64,000 nucleotides of DNA, taken from Takakia lepidozioides. Its lineage: Eukaryota; Plantae; Bryophyta. The stretch lies in NCBI GenBank assembly GCA_030704615.1, contig CM060732.1, forward strand, positions 24,056,001 to 24,120,000, read 5' to 3'. Within the stretch, counting starts at the first letter, position 1. Each line of letters begins with the position of its first letter. The notes below the pieces were generated by a model, which was given only the letters and a program-made list of their open reading frames with translations, was not told where the DNA came from and ran no database searches. The translations under genes and the position numbers were made by a program. This document shows positions 47,275 through 60,017 of the stretch, one piece after another.

Positions 47275-50200
47275 TGTTGGAATAAGCAGCTCCATATTCA
47301 ACGAATCTACAACTTGACTAACAAGCAAAGTTAGACACATTAAAAGTAACTCTATGTTTGGAGATGCTTTTAAAGGAAAAAGTAAGTCCATTTATGGGAC
47401 TACTTTGTGGATAGAAAAAGTAGGCTTAAAAAGGCAGGTCCTTATAGACTGCTTTTAGCCTAGCTACAACTATATAAGAAGCCGGGGGTGAACCACAGAG
47501 TAGTTGTTTTATGACATACTTGTGGTGGTTCTAAGGTTGGGTGGTGAGCTTCTATAAACAAAGCATTGTTTCAGGTCCCAGGCTTGTTTTTCAACATGGT
47601 ATCAGAGCTTTTGGTTTGGCTTTGTGAGGTGTTCTTGTAGGACATCGGTTTGGCTGTGTATTGGTGTTCTTGCATGGAACATCCATTGGGTTGTGTACGT
47701 GGTGTTCTTGCAAGGAACATCCATTTTGGTTGTGTACGTGGTGTTCTTGCAGGGAACATCTATTGGGCTGTGTAATGGTGTTCTTGCGGGGAACATCCAT
47801 TCGGCTGTGTACATGGTGTTCTTGCAGGGAACATATGGTTGTCTTGTAGTGTGTGTATGTTTTTTGTGTGTAAGATCTTGTGCAGGACTATACAGATCTG
47901 CATCAAGGTCTCCAACACGAGAAACACAAACAACACTTGAGATGAGTTATAGTGGTTGTTTGATATTGTGTACAAAACAATTTTTCATCGTTCTATGTGC
48001 TTTGAGTTTACAGTCAGGGCATACAAAGAGATATGATTCTTTCTATGAGTTCTCAATCTATCGAGAAGCTGACAGGTTTGGAAAACTATTAGACATGGAT
48101 GAGGGTTGTTCTTAACGAGAAAAAAAAAACTTGTGGGATATCGTATCTAGAAGTGAGAAACGACCATCGCGGTAGCGGTCAAAGGACGTACATGAAATAG
48201 AGGGAGCGTTATTTATGTTCAAGAAGGAAGACTATCTATATTTTCTGGAAATGTACGGTCGCCTTTTAAAGTTTATGTAACAGAATCCAATTGGAGCAAA
48301 GCTGATCTATGGCATCAATGGCTTGGTCATATTGGAGTGCAAAATTTGCAGCTGATGGCCAATTCTAAATTTATGAACAATTTGGATATCACACGAGATG
48401 TTAGTTGACGTTTTATGAAGGACGTGTTCACGGAAAACACCATCGCCAACATTTTCCAACTACATGAGGTAATCGTGCCACTGCCTTGCTTGAGTTGGTT
48501 CATTCTGATATATGTGGATCCATGCCAACACCTTCCGTTGGAGGAGGCAAATACTTCGGTACTTTTATTGATGATTTCTCAAGAAAGACTTTTACCTATA
48601 TTTTGAAAAAGAAATCAGACATCTTTGAGAAGTTCAAGTTATTCAAAGCTTTTTCAGAGTTACCAAACTGATAAACTATTAAAGACCTTGAGAAGTGATA
48701 ATGGGGGAGAATATATATCATTAATCTTGTACCTACAAAGGCTGTAAAAGGTATGACTCCAGAAGAGGCTTGGAGTGGAAAGAAACCTTATGTTGGACAT
48801 TATCGCATATTTGGTTGTGAAGCTTATCCTCATATACCTAGGGAGTTACGATCAAAACTTAATGCAAAGGCAAGGAAATGCATTTTTTGTGGGATATAGT
48901 GAAGTGACTAAAGATTATCGACTTATGATTTCATCAAACGATATGTTTTCAATAGTCGAGATATAATCTTCAATGAAACTCAATGAACTCTTGAAGATGA
49001 ATCAGATTCAGGTACTGATGTGCGTACTGATGAGCTTGAGGCTGAACCAATCAATTTGGGAGGAGGAACATCTAATGTTCCAGTTAAGGTATTTGAAGGT
49101 AAGTTATCACATCTCAATGGTCAAGATGATGAGATTTGGGATGATAGATTGTAAACATGTTTGAACATCTATGGTACAGAACAGAAGACTCTCCAAAGCT
49201 ATGAGCCCACACACTCTTGAGGGTTGGGAAAAGATGAGAGATCTATTCCGTATCATAGTGTTGTGGGGTGCCTCATGTACGCAATGGTTGGTACACGGCT
49301 TGAAAGTGCCGTTGCTATTGGAGCAGTATGCCAGTTCATGGCCAATCCTGGTGTAGAGCACTGGATTGAGGTGAAACGGATATTCCGTTACCTGAAGGGA
49401 ACCCTTGATCACGGTCTCCGCTTCAGAGGGAGTTAGAGTTTGGGGTTGTATAACCTAACTCGGTCTCAGAAAGATCGAGAGGATCTAACTTTGGTTGGTT
49501 TCAGCGATGTTGACTATGCAGGATGTATTGATACACACCAGTCTATAACCGGGTATACATTCATTTTGGCCAATGGTTCCATTAGTTGGAACAGTAACAA
49601 ACAACCAACTATTGCATTATCAACAATTGAGGCTGAGTATATGGCTGCAACACAAGCAACGAAAGAGGCAATTTTGGCTTCGGAAGTTATTGAAGGAGAT
49701 TGGCTATCCACATGAAGGTCCAACAACTCTTCAAGAGGACAATCAGAGTTGTATTTCACTTGTGAAAAATCCAACTTATCATACGCGCGTACAAAACATA
49801 TTGATGTGAGGCATCATTTTATTCGTGTGATAAGGTTGAGGATGGCGAAATCAAGTTAATATTTTGCAGTAGTGAAAATATGGTAGCCGATGTGCTCACC
49901 AAGGGACTTCCTCGCACTTCAAAACTATGATGGGATTAGTTAAGGTTGAGATTGCTTGCTTATCTCGCTGAGAGGGAGTGTTGGAATAAGCAGCTCCATA
50001 TTCAACGAATCTACAACTTGACTAACAAGCAAAGTTAGACACATTAAAACTAACTCTATGTTTGGAGATGCTTTTAAAGGAAAAAATAATCCCATTTATG
50101 GGACTACTTTGTAGATAGAAAAAGTAGGCTTAAAAAGGCAGGTCCTTATAGACTGCTTTTAGCCTAGCTAGAACTATATAAGAAGCTGGGGGGTGAACCA

Positions 50201-50307
50201 CATACTAGTTGTTTTATGACACACTCTTGCTTGTGGTGGTTCTAAGGTTGGGTGGTGAGCTTCTATAAACAAAGCATTGTTTCACGTCCCAGGCTTGTTT
50301 TTCAACA
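47275..50307 (+). mobile_element. Internally deleted Ty1/Copia LTR retrotransposon
   Basis: LTRs 47275-47596 and 49979-50307 (TG...CA), TSD ACCTT, PBS TGGTATCAGAGC at 47597, PPT GAGAGGGAG. Remnants: LELVHSDICG (INT), PYHSVVGCLMY (RT), SDVDYAG...STIEAEY (RNase H). Confidence 0.95.
47628..47835 (+). repeat. About 38-bp tandem repeat (5-6 units) in the Copia leader
   Basis: GGTGTTCTTGCAGGGAACATCCATT.GG.TGTGTA units. Confidence 0.85.
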
Positions 50308-51959
50308 ACCTTGTGGGTGTTCTTGCAATCTTGCTGCAGGACGAGGAAGTGGGAGCACCCGCTCATGGATCATTGAGCGACGTGCAGCATGATCACGAGA
50401 CAGCTGAAATCCCGAGGAACCCCGTGGGTGGGCAGGTTCGGTATCTGCTGCTTGATCAGTAGCAGGATCAGTGCTAAGTCCTTGCTGCCAAGCTGGCTCC
50501 CATGGAACCAGGTGAATAACTGGAAGCGGGTGCATTGGCTGCATCACTTGGTCACCCACGTAATGTTGATTGCATAACCCCGAGCCTGTTCCAAAACCAT
50601 AGAACGCACTGGATTAATCTCAGCTTGAGGCACATGAGCTCGTAAGGACACAAATGCCAAATTGAAGATTTCGGGCACAGAGATCTAGACTGACATCTGG
50701 GATGTGGGAACAAAGATAGAATAAATCATGGGAGAAAACCTTCGGGAACAGACATTACCTTCTGATCCTGGTGGAAATCGCGCCGGGGTAGCTCTCTGCC
50801 AGTCCTTGAACGTCACCATCTGCATTTGCTGACTCTTTTGGAAAATCAAAGCGTTCGTAGTGAAACAAAGAACAGTCGATGTGGCCGGGCTGACGCTTAG
50901 TCCCCTGTGCTGCAGGCTGCTCCTCCATGAGACAGACCGATCGAGAGAAGGATGGAGAGAGGCAAGCAGATCGATGAGGCGAGGGCCGTGTGTGGAGCCT
51001 GCAAACGAGTGCGGTTATATAGCAAGTACGTAGCGCAGCCTCCACGCTCTGCCTCAGCCGTCGCACTGCCTCACTTTTTCTTTTTTTTTTGGTTTAACTT
51101 TTTAGAGGAACAGGGAAGGCCCTGGTTTCTTTTCTTTTCTTTTTTAAGAAAAAGAAAGGGGATGGAGGCCATTTTAATCAAATTAATAAAGAAAGAGATA
51201 CAAAAAGGTGGAAAAAATAACCTCGCTTTATTGCCTCACTTTATTCTGACCGCACATCACTCAGATGAGATGAACTTACAAATAAAAAGAGATTTTCTCA
51301 AGAGAAAATGAAAACAGTTAATTAGCAAATGCCTCGGTAGCATTTCTCGACATGTACTGAGAGTATCGAGAGTCGAGACTCTTGCTCCCATATTTATAAT
51401 TGACCATCAAATTGATCCTATAGCCTTCCACATTTCCTCCAGAAATTCCTCTCTAACATCCCACTACAATCAATCCCAGAGTTAGAGAGCCCTGCAATTC
51501 TCGTTCAGATTTCATCCCCATCCGACGACATTGCTTCGAAGGATATATTCTGCCACCTGGGGCGGACGGAGAGGTTTAAATATAATTCTTGCTGATATAT
51601 GTTTGTTGGCCCCTGCCTTCTCAATCAAAGCAAGAATATGGAAAGGGTTCCGTTTTTTTTATTGGCGAATTTTCGCCAGATTTCGACCTCAAAAACTAAA
51701 ATGGAATATTCTGTCACAAATTCCCTGTTTTTTCATGGATGAAATCCATAATTCGCCAAATATGGATGATATAAATGGATTACAGTAGAGATCTGGATGA
51801 ATGTCAGTGGATGAACAGAATGTACGGCTATGTTTTGCAAAACTCTGTAGCGACTCGTGCTGTTTTCCAAATTTTCTTAAAACAAAAGCTAGGTTTCTGA
51901 ATTGTGGTTTTTCTTTTTCTTTTTTCCCCTTTAACGAGGATTTTGATAATGTTTCTCAT

Positions 51960-52490
51960 TGGTGCTCTTACCAAAACAGCTGTGTCTGGTTCATTCCTAC
52001 TTGCAAACCCTCCTGTTCTCGGCTTCCAGCAAAAGTCATCATCAATGGAGCTCTATCCACTGCTTTCCCTCTGTTCCGCTCTGTGAGACAGGGTTGTCCC
52101 CTTCCTCTTTTTCTGTTTCTCGCGGCAGCAGATGCCCTCGAACATCTTCTGCAATCTAAGGAAGGTATCAAAGGCCTAAAAACGCCTAGATCCATGCCTG
52201 CTACCGAAAGCATTAAGGCCTCCCTTTATGATACCATGTTACCAGCTCTCTACAGAACGTATCGCCTACCCTCAAATCCCTCCAGACCGTCTCTACTGCT
52301 TCAGGTCTGCAGGTCTGCAGGTCAATTGGTCTAAAACTATGGCTATCCTCTCCAAACCGAACTCTGTTTCACTTCATTGCGCACCGTGGGGAGATGAACT
52401 GGGTATCAAGTGGCTGGAGGATGGTCACGCTCACACCCTTTTGGTCACCTTATAATCGGGCATACCATCAATTGAGATCTGCGGCAGTTA
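51960..52490 (+). pseudogene. L1-type LINE reverse transcriptase fragment
   Basis: VIINGALS..FPLFRSVRQGCPLP.FLF; AGLQVNWSKT. Confidence 0.8.
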
Positions 52491-52639
52491 CCTATCATGA
52501 AGCTTAAAAACAGGCTGACAAAAAATAAATTAAAGTAAATGTGAAAACAGTAAAAAGAGGGTTAGAAGGGGAAATATAATAAAGGAAAAAAAAAAAAAAA
52601 AAGAGTGCCATCGGGACACCCCCAAGGAGTGCCATCGGG

Positions 52640-52795
52640 ACAAGGGGGAGTGCGAGGGAGAGAGGAGAGAGGGAGAGGCGCTGGAGGGACTGGGAGAGGG
52701 AGAGGGATAGGGACAGGGAGGGGAGGGAGAGGGGGAGGGAGAGGGAGAGGGACCGGGACATGGAGTGGGAGTGGGAGTAGAGGGGAAGAGGGAGC
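52640..52795 (+). repeat. GA-rich polypurine tract (GGGAGA-like units)
   Basis: Low-complexity G/A run. Confidence 0.7.
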
Positions 52796-54589
52796 GGTGC
52801 CAGGACACCACAAGGGGACTAGATGAGGGAGTGCGAGGGACGGGGAGGGAGTTCCAGCGACAGGGAGGGACTCCCAACTCGCCCCGGGACTCCCAATGGA
52901 GTTCCGATATCGGAATACTGCCCCTACGGCTGAACTGGCTAGGCCTCCTTATGACCTGGCCGGGGGAATCCCAGTTTTTGCACTCCCAGTTCAGTTTTGA
53001 GGTTGATGAAAAACAAATAATAAAATAATAAAATTAAATAAAATTAAAAATTAAAAATTAAAAACATCATACAAAACACAACAGAATATGGGGGGGAAAT
53101 GAAACATGATAGGTATGTTGAACAAGATGACATATGGATGCTTAAGAGTGAGTTAGTCAATGTACCAGCCGAATAGTTAGTGCATGTGAGAAGATGATTA
53201 GCATGCTTCATTATGAGAGGAGGGGGAATGACAGAATGAGAGTAGTTTAGCGTAGAGCAGGAATAGGGTGCCATAGTGCCACGTCATTGTCACCACGTCA
53301 TCGTCGTCATTTTTGTTTTAAGCAGCCCCTATTGTGCCCCAAAGAGAAAACCACAAAAATTAGAAACTTCTTGAACGGGCGTACCTGCCGGCGTGTGTGT
53401 TTCTGTTGTACAGGAACCGCGCTCACTCGACAGCATGAGCCGATCAATCCGTAGAGTTTCCAATTCAACCAACATCGTGATTTTGCGGTTGTTGTCAACT
53501 CAGCTCTAATTTTCTGCCAGTGATGGAGATGTGTAGCTGAATACTACAGCGCATGGGGAAGTCATTGTCAGTGACTGCATCCTCTCACTTCCTCAGTTTC
53601 ACACCAATTCTTTGTGTGACAGTCAGCGCGTAGAAGTTACTTCAGTCTGGGGAAGGAAGAATTAGACCAAGCGGTGCGATGAGTGGGGTCTTTCGTCAGA
53701 TGCTTTCCTCCACTATAAAAATGCAGATCGAATTTTCGCTGAAGGCATTTCCTCGACAGGACATGTGGAATCCAGCAGGTAATTTTCGATCCTAGGCCTG
53801 GCTCTCTTCTCTCTTGCTCGTCAATTAGTGGGCATAATAGAAGGACAGCGACGTTGATGGAATGCAGTGGGCATTCTAACTCAATTAACCTAAAACTGAG
53901 GAACTTTCTAGGATTGGAAGAGGACCTTACTCTCCCTGTGTTTAAGCTGTAGGGTGCAATTGGCACCAACTTGTTGCTATAATAAGGAGCTTTCTGGACG
54001 AATCTGGAAAATCTCAATCAAAAGTCGTTCTTCAAAAGCATAGGCGGCAATTAGCTTGCTTATATTGAAGATTGATTCTGCAACGAATTAAAATTCTAGG
54101 GTACATGCTGACATGAAGTTGTGAAAGATTATGCAGAGAAAAGCTGGGAGGGCTCAACCAGGTCCCATTCTTGACATAGTAGTGGTGGCCCCTGTTAACC
54201 TCCCCCAATACGTACCCCCATACCCCCTCTCCACTCCCTCTCCTCCCTCCCCTCCCCTTTCTTCCCCCATCTGTTGTGCCTAAGCTGTGTCGATGCCTTC
54301 AAGTAACATAAAGTTCATTATCATTTCTCTTCTGCTCGTCAAATCGGGCATGTTGTGTATCTAAGCATCATCATCATTTCTTTTTGTTGGGCCATATAAC
54401 CTACCAATAACCAGAGAGATTTGAGCCTCCGTTGACAACTGGATCTTCTTGCGGAAACCTGTCTGTATCTTGTTTCCAGGCCTGACTGGTCCAGACATCA
54501 AATTACCTGAGGACTTTGACTGCAATGCTTGTCTCAGGATGTAGACATTTCCAGGAGACAAAGAAGGAGCAGACTCTGTTTGCATACTG

Positions 54590-56026
54590 ATACAGCCCCT
54601 GTGGTCTCTGAAAGCTGGCATTAATGTGCCAAATATCATTCTGGACTCTGCCCTCATCAATATGTATGCTAAATGCGGGAGCCTTGAGGATGCAAAAAGA
54701 GTGTTTGACAAGATAGTTGAACGTGATGTGGTCTCCTGGAGTGCGATGATTGCAGGATATGCCCAGCATGGGTGTGGGTTGGAGGCTTTGGAGACCTATG
54801 TGCAAATGATGCAAGAGGGGTTGAAGCCCGACCGGGTCACTTTCATTTGTGTTCTCAAGGCATGTGCCAGCCTGGCAGCCCTGGGAAAGGGCAGAGAGGT
54901 CCATGCTGCCATTGAAAACTGGAATCGTGCCAACTACCATCCTGGACACTACTCTGGTGGACATGTATGCAAAGAGGTCCATGCTGACATCCTGAAAGCT
55001 TGAATTGTATCAAATATCATTCTGGACAATGCCCTGGTGGACATGTATGCCAAATGCAGGAGCATCAATGATGCAGAGGAAGTGTTCGAGAGTATGGCTG
55101 AACGAAATGTAGTGTCATGGAGTGCAATGGTCGTAGGATATGCCCAGCATGGTTGTCGTAGAGAGGCCTTGCAACTGTTCAAAGGTATGCAAAAGAAGGC
55201 TTGAAAACAGTATCACCTAAGTTGTGTTCTTTCCGCTTGTAGCCACGCGGGCATAGTGGATGAAGGCACACTACTTTGACTCCCTGAAGCAAGATCATGG
55301 TGTCACTCCTACAATGGAGCACTTTGGCTGCATGGTGGACCTTCTTGGGCGTGCGGGGTGATTGGATGAGGCAGAGGACTTCATTAACAGGATGCCAATC
55401 AAACCGGATGCTGGTGTGGAAAGCCTTTGCTTGGTGCCTGCAGAATTCATAGCAATGTGGAGGTGATAGAACATGCGGCAAAATCTATCCTCAGGTGGGA
55501 TCAACAGGACGCTGCAACTTATGTTTTTCTATCAAACATCTATGCCACCGTGGGCAGGTGCGACGTCGATGCTGCAAAAGTGAGAATAATGATGAAGCTC
55601 CAAGGTGTCAGAAAAGAGCCAGGTCGTTCCTGCATTGAGGTCGGCAACCGGGTGCACACATTTGTGGTAAATGACAAATTGCATCCACAAATTGAGGAAA
55701 CCCATGCTGAGCTAAGAAGATTGTCTTGGCAGATGAAGGAGGCAGGTTACGCACCTGACACCCGCTTTGTATTGCATGATGTGGAGGAGGAGCAAAAGGA
55801 ATTTTCTCTTTGCCACCATAGTGAGAAGCTGGCAATTGCTTTTGGGCTGGTCAGCACTGCTCCTGGGACACCACTCCGTGTTGTCAAGAACCTTCGGGTG
55901 TGTGGTGACTGCCACACGGCCACCAAGTTCATCTCAAAGATTGTTGGGCGAGCAATCGTTGTACGGGATGCTAACCGCTTTCATCACTTCGAAGATGGGA
56001 TTTGTTCTTGTTGAGAGTACTGGTGA
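54590..56026 (+). pseudogene. PLS-class PPR-E-DYW RNA-editing factor pseudogene
   Basis: SALINMYAKCGSLEDA..VFD..RDVVSWSAMI PPR motifs; E domain; HSEKLA...CGDCH...RFHHF..GICSC*EYW; several frameshifts and stops. Confidence 0.9.
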
Positions 56027-58215
56027 AATGATGTTTTTCTGTAAGGTGTGATTGTCTTGCCTCCTCCACTGAATTTATGTAGCTTGTTGGTTCTTTCACC
56101 ATTCCCTGAGAATGTTGGCGATGACGTACTGTTGACAGCATTCCCGCTGTGACATATCAGCTCTTCAAGAGCCAATTGTGGGGTCTACCCACCAGGAGGT
56201 GGAAACTCTGAAACTGTGATATGCTCCAGCAGAGAGAGTTCTCTTATATAGCGCGAGCGTTCTGCGCAGGGGTTGCTCTTTGTATATCTGATGAACTGGC
56301 AAGACAGGTATGTATGGATGTTTGCTATCCAACGATTTGTTACCCAATCCTTATGTCATCTGTAGCCATATTTCTCTACCCATCCAATTTCGGACATGTC
56401 TACTACTTACGCTCATATTGGTCTTTCTCTTTTGTTTTCTCATACAATTGCCTGTCCCCCATGCTACTTGTCCTAAATTTTTGTCTCTTCTCTCAATGGC
56501 GGAAGAAAGAAGGCACAAGAAAACCACGGTGCATATTCATAAGACTAGGTTTCAGTTGATTGATGCTGCAGATGAACCATGGACTAGGGTTGTAGACATT
56601 TAGTAAGGTTTGTTTATCATCTGGGCACCTATAGGAAGCCCCCGGTAATGCATCTCTTCATTATGCCTTTTTGTGTGTGACACTGCAGCGAGGTTGTGTT
56701 AGGCCATACATACATTAAATTTGAAGGGCTGAGATAGTGAAGATTTTAAAAAGAGATGCAGCTGCATACGTAGTCCACCAGTTATGATATTTTCTGGTTC
56801 GAAATGTGATGCCTGATTGGGACAGAGCAGGAGAAGGGAGTGTGTGAAGGGAGATTGCTTGCTTGTTTCTTGCTTTTCTTTTGTCCCATAAGCTCTTTGA
56901 GCTGTCTGCGGCCGTTTTAAGTTCCATTTCATTTAATTATCTTTCATTTTCTGCAACGAGAATACTGCCTATGCCCAGCTTGCACCAGGCGCAACCAGGA
57001 AAATGAAACTGAAGAACACTTCTTCTTTTAGTGGCCTTTGTATTATGAGATCTGTGGGAGAATCCACTGTCTATTCCGTGGAACTCAATCTCTCACTGAA
57101 GTCTCCATTATGATGATCATACCTGCAGGAGGCCTTGACCCTTTGGCAATCCCTTGAGCAGTAGTTGCTTTTGAGCTGCTTTTTGGCTCTAGTTTTGTCT
57201 TATAAAGTACCATTTCATTTCATTTCATTTCTTTGTTATGCGGTCTTCTTCAATAAGCTCTTGAGATTACCAGGGATTTCATAAATTCCTTCCTCTTCAG
57301 GGATATTGGAAATCCTTTTTCTAAGCTCTTCGAGGTTCCTATGGACGTGATGAAATTTTTTTCCTTCCTCCATGGAATGCTTGGGGCTAGAGGTACAACA
57401 CCATCACAGCTTCTATGTGTGTAAATTGCGTGCATACCGCTTTAACTGAAGACATCTTCCAGCTTTAAATCTTTAATACAAGGCTGGCTGACAGCCCAGG
57501 CCCTCAAACATCTATCAGACTCAAACCCACTGGTCTCAAGCCCTTTTAGTATGCTCGGGTCTCCAACAATTTTAAGCACAATGGACTCTCCGTTGCTTTC
57601 TTATTGCCACAAATATGGAGGGCCTGGAAATTGCATCCAAACCGGATTGCAATAGATGCATCAGAAGAGAACTTAGGACCTTCATGGGCTCCAATGTCAG
57701 AAAGAGGCCAACCATGATGATCAAATCAGGAAAAACGAAAGGAACTGTTTTCAGAAAATGAACAAGGAGAGCTTATAGAACAAACTACCTTCAACTTTGA
57801 AGTGAAATATCAATATCAATATCAGTATTTTTTTATCAAGACAAAGATTTTGTTCGAAAAAATATTTTTTGTCAAGCTAATTATGTTTATGTAGACAACT
57901 ATGTTTTTTTCAAGAATGTATATTCGGGTATATGGTCGTTATCAATTACATCAAAATGCTAATGTCAACCGTAAACAAAAGGGCATGTGTATAACTTCAA
58001 ATAATATGGAAAAATAAAATATTAATGCGGAGAGACAGATAAAATATGTTTTAAATAAAGACAAACTAAATGGTGGATGTCGGAAGAAATATGCATTAAA
58101 TGAAAAACAACCAAGCTTTTTCATGGAATCGTGACATTAAATCAAAATCCAAATGATTTGAAATCTAAACCAATTGAAAATAAATATGAAAAAATATCAT
58201 GTAAACAACATTCAA

Positions 58216-58780
58216 AATTTATTTCATTTTATTTTATTTTGTGTTAGATAACAGGGGACAGAGGCCCTGGAAATTCTATGAAAAATTATTGGAGGGGAAA
58301 ACAGTTAAAACCCCTGAGAACACCATGGAGGGAGGCACACGTAGACAGTGAATACGTAGACAGTGAATGGATGAACGATCCTCCTAGGGAAGAAGATAAA
58401 AAATTAGGGCAGAAATGCCCTAACCCGGAACAGTCATCCGGGGCATAGAACCTAGGCATCAGTGCTTACGGCATGCAGGAGTCTATGAACGAGTCTATGG
58501 AGCAACAGCGAAGGTAAAGAGTCTTAGCATGAGATCGTGATGATGAGTTCTAAGCAACTGATCCTGATCAAATACTGAAGTTCAAGGGAACTTGAGCCTA
58601 GCTGCGGATTTGATGTGACGCCAATTAATATCTCTGTCAAATTCGGGGGACCATGGAGGGGCGCACGAAGGCCTCTCCAGACAATCGGTGGGAGGGTGGT
58701 CCAAATGCAGTCTGTCGGGGAAGAGCCGGTGCAAAATTGATCATTTCGTGCCCATGTTAATAAATCTACTTGTTGTATCA
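58216..58780 (-). mobile_element. Degraded LINE 3' fragment
   Basis: T-rich tail, shared GCCCTGGAA end motif, TWARNDQF-like L1 C-terminal motif; boundaries approximate. Confidence 0.5.
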
Positions 58781-59339
58781 AAATGAGCCAAAGTCATTAC
58801 ACCAGTCAAAATTAATATAAAATGAAACAACCCTCAAATTGCAATGGGATCTCTTGCTTTGGCAAAACAGCACACCACAACAATTAGAGGCTTGACATGA
58901 TGTAAGGTCCTTTGACCACATTTTCTCCATTGATTTTAGCATGATGCGTAGTCTCTCTCTACAAGACAGCCAATAAATGTTCATCTGGATATAGCCTATC
59001 TATTTGGACGGTGTTCTCAGAAGTCGTCGCTAGTTAGTACGGAGCAACGCGAAGCCCTAGTTGAACTCCAAGGGCAGTTGTGATCAGGGCTTTTTTTTTC
59101 ATTTTGGCTTAGAAGCGTAGATGGCTACAAAATTTGAAGGGTAAGTGCAAAGGTGTCGATGACATAGATGCTTAGCTAAAATTCAACTGACTACAGACTA
59201 TTTCATTTGCATGCAATATGGCGATTTGAGTATTTTGTGTATGCATAGGATAGGCAATACAAATAAAAATTGAGGCATAAAGTAGTGGCTACAAGAGGCC
59301 ACATATTGTTGCAATGTGGCTACAATGTCATAGTCGAAG

Positions 59340-59920
59340 TGCATTTGCTAGCACCATAGCCTAATCTGAAGTAACAAAGTGGCACCATTGCCTAATGTCA
59401 AGAAGCAATGTAGGCATAACAGTCTATTTAAAATCTGAAATCTGAAATTTATTGATCAAGTCTTAAACTGGGCCAGCAAGCATCATGGCCTCAATATCAA
59501 ATAACAAAGTGACACCATAGTCCAATTTGAAGGAGCAAACTCGGCATGGCAGCCCACTCACAATCTGAAATCTAAAATAATTAATCAAAGAAGTCCAAAG
59601 ATGGCTAGCAAAAACTATAGCCTCAATTTCAAATAGCAAGGTGGCACCACTGAGGATGGTGAAGGAACAAATTGATACCAAATGAGGCAGGACAGCCCAC
59701 TCACAATCTGAAATCCGAAACTAATTAAGCAAAGAAGTCCTACAATGGGCCAGCAAACATCACGGCCTCAATTTCAAATAGCAAGGTAGCACCATAGCCC
59801 AATGTGAAAGAGCAATATTGTTCTAATGTAGGCATGACAGCCCACACAAAATCTGAAATCTGAAATCTAATAGTAATTAATTATAAAGTCCTAGAATGGG
59901 GCAGCAAACACCATAATCTC
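59340..59920. repeat. Imperfect tandem repeats of roughly 120 bp downstream of the hAT transposase
   Basis: Recurring CCAGCAA..GCCTCAATTTCAAATAGCAAG..GCACCA..CAGCCCAC..AATCTGAAATC blocks. Confidence 0.7.
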
Positions 59921-60017
59921 AAGAGCTTCACAAGTCCAAAGTCATCATCTAAAATGCAAGAAAATCACTATACTTGCAGAAATGATGGAAACAAAGGGAG
60001 AGCATTGTTGATATGGC

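Larger units (their letters stand above)
46997..50928 (-). pseudogene. Unknown host gene whose coding exon is interrupted by the Copia
   Basis: ORFs 50302..50559 and 46997..47224 join in frame when the Copia and one TSD are removed (QEHPQG|YGPGFTPDYNRWTQRVQSF). Candidate first exon MEEQPAAQ... with a GT donor near 50757. Confidence 0.5.

Noticed and set aside
47628-47835. CRISPR-like array
   Set aside because: Head-to-tail tandem units without unique spacers, inside a Copia leader, in a eukaryotic context with no cas genes.
52504-53028. Pro/Ser- or Gly/Arg-rich ORFs
   Set aside because: Translations of a GA-rich low-complexity tract.
59340-59920. CRISPR-like or structured RNA array
   Set aside because: Degenerate tandem repeats of about 120 bp with no constant repeat and unique spacer pattern.
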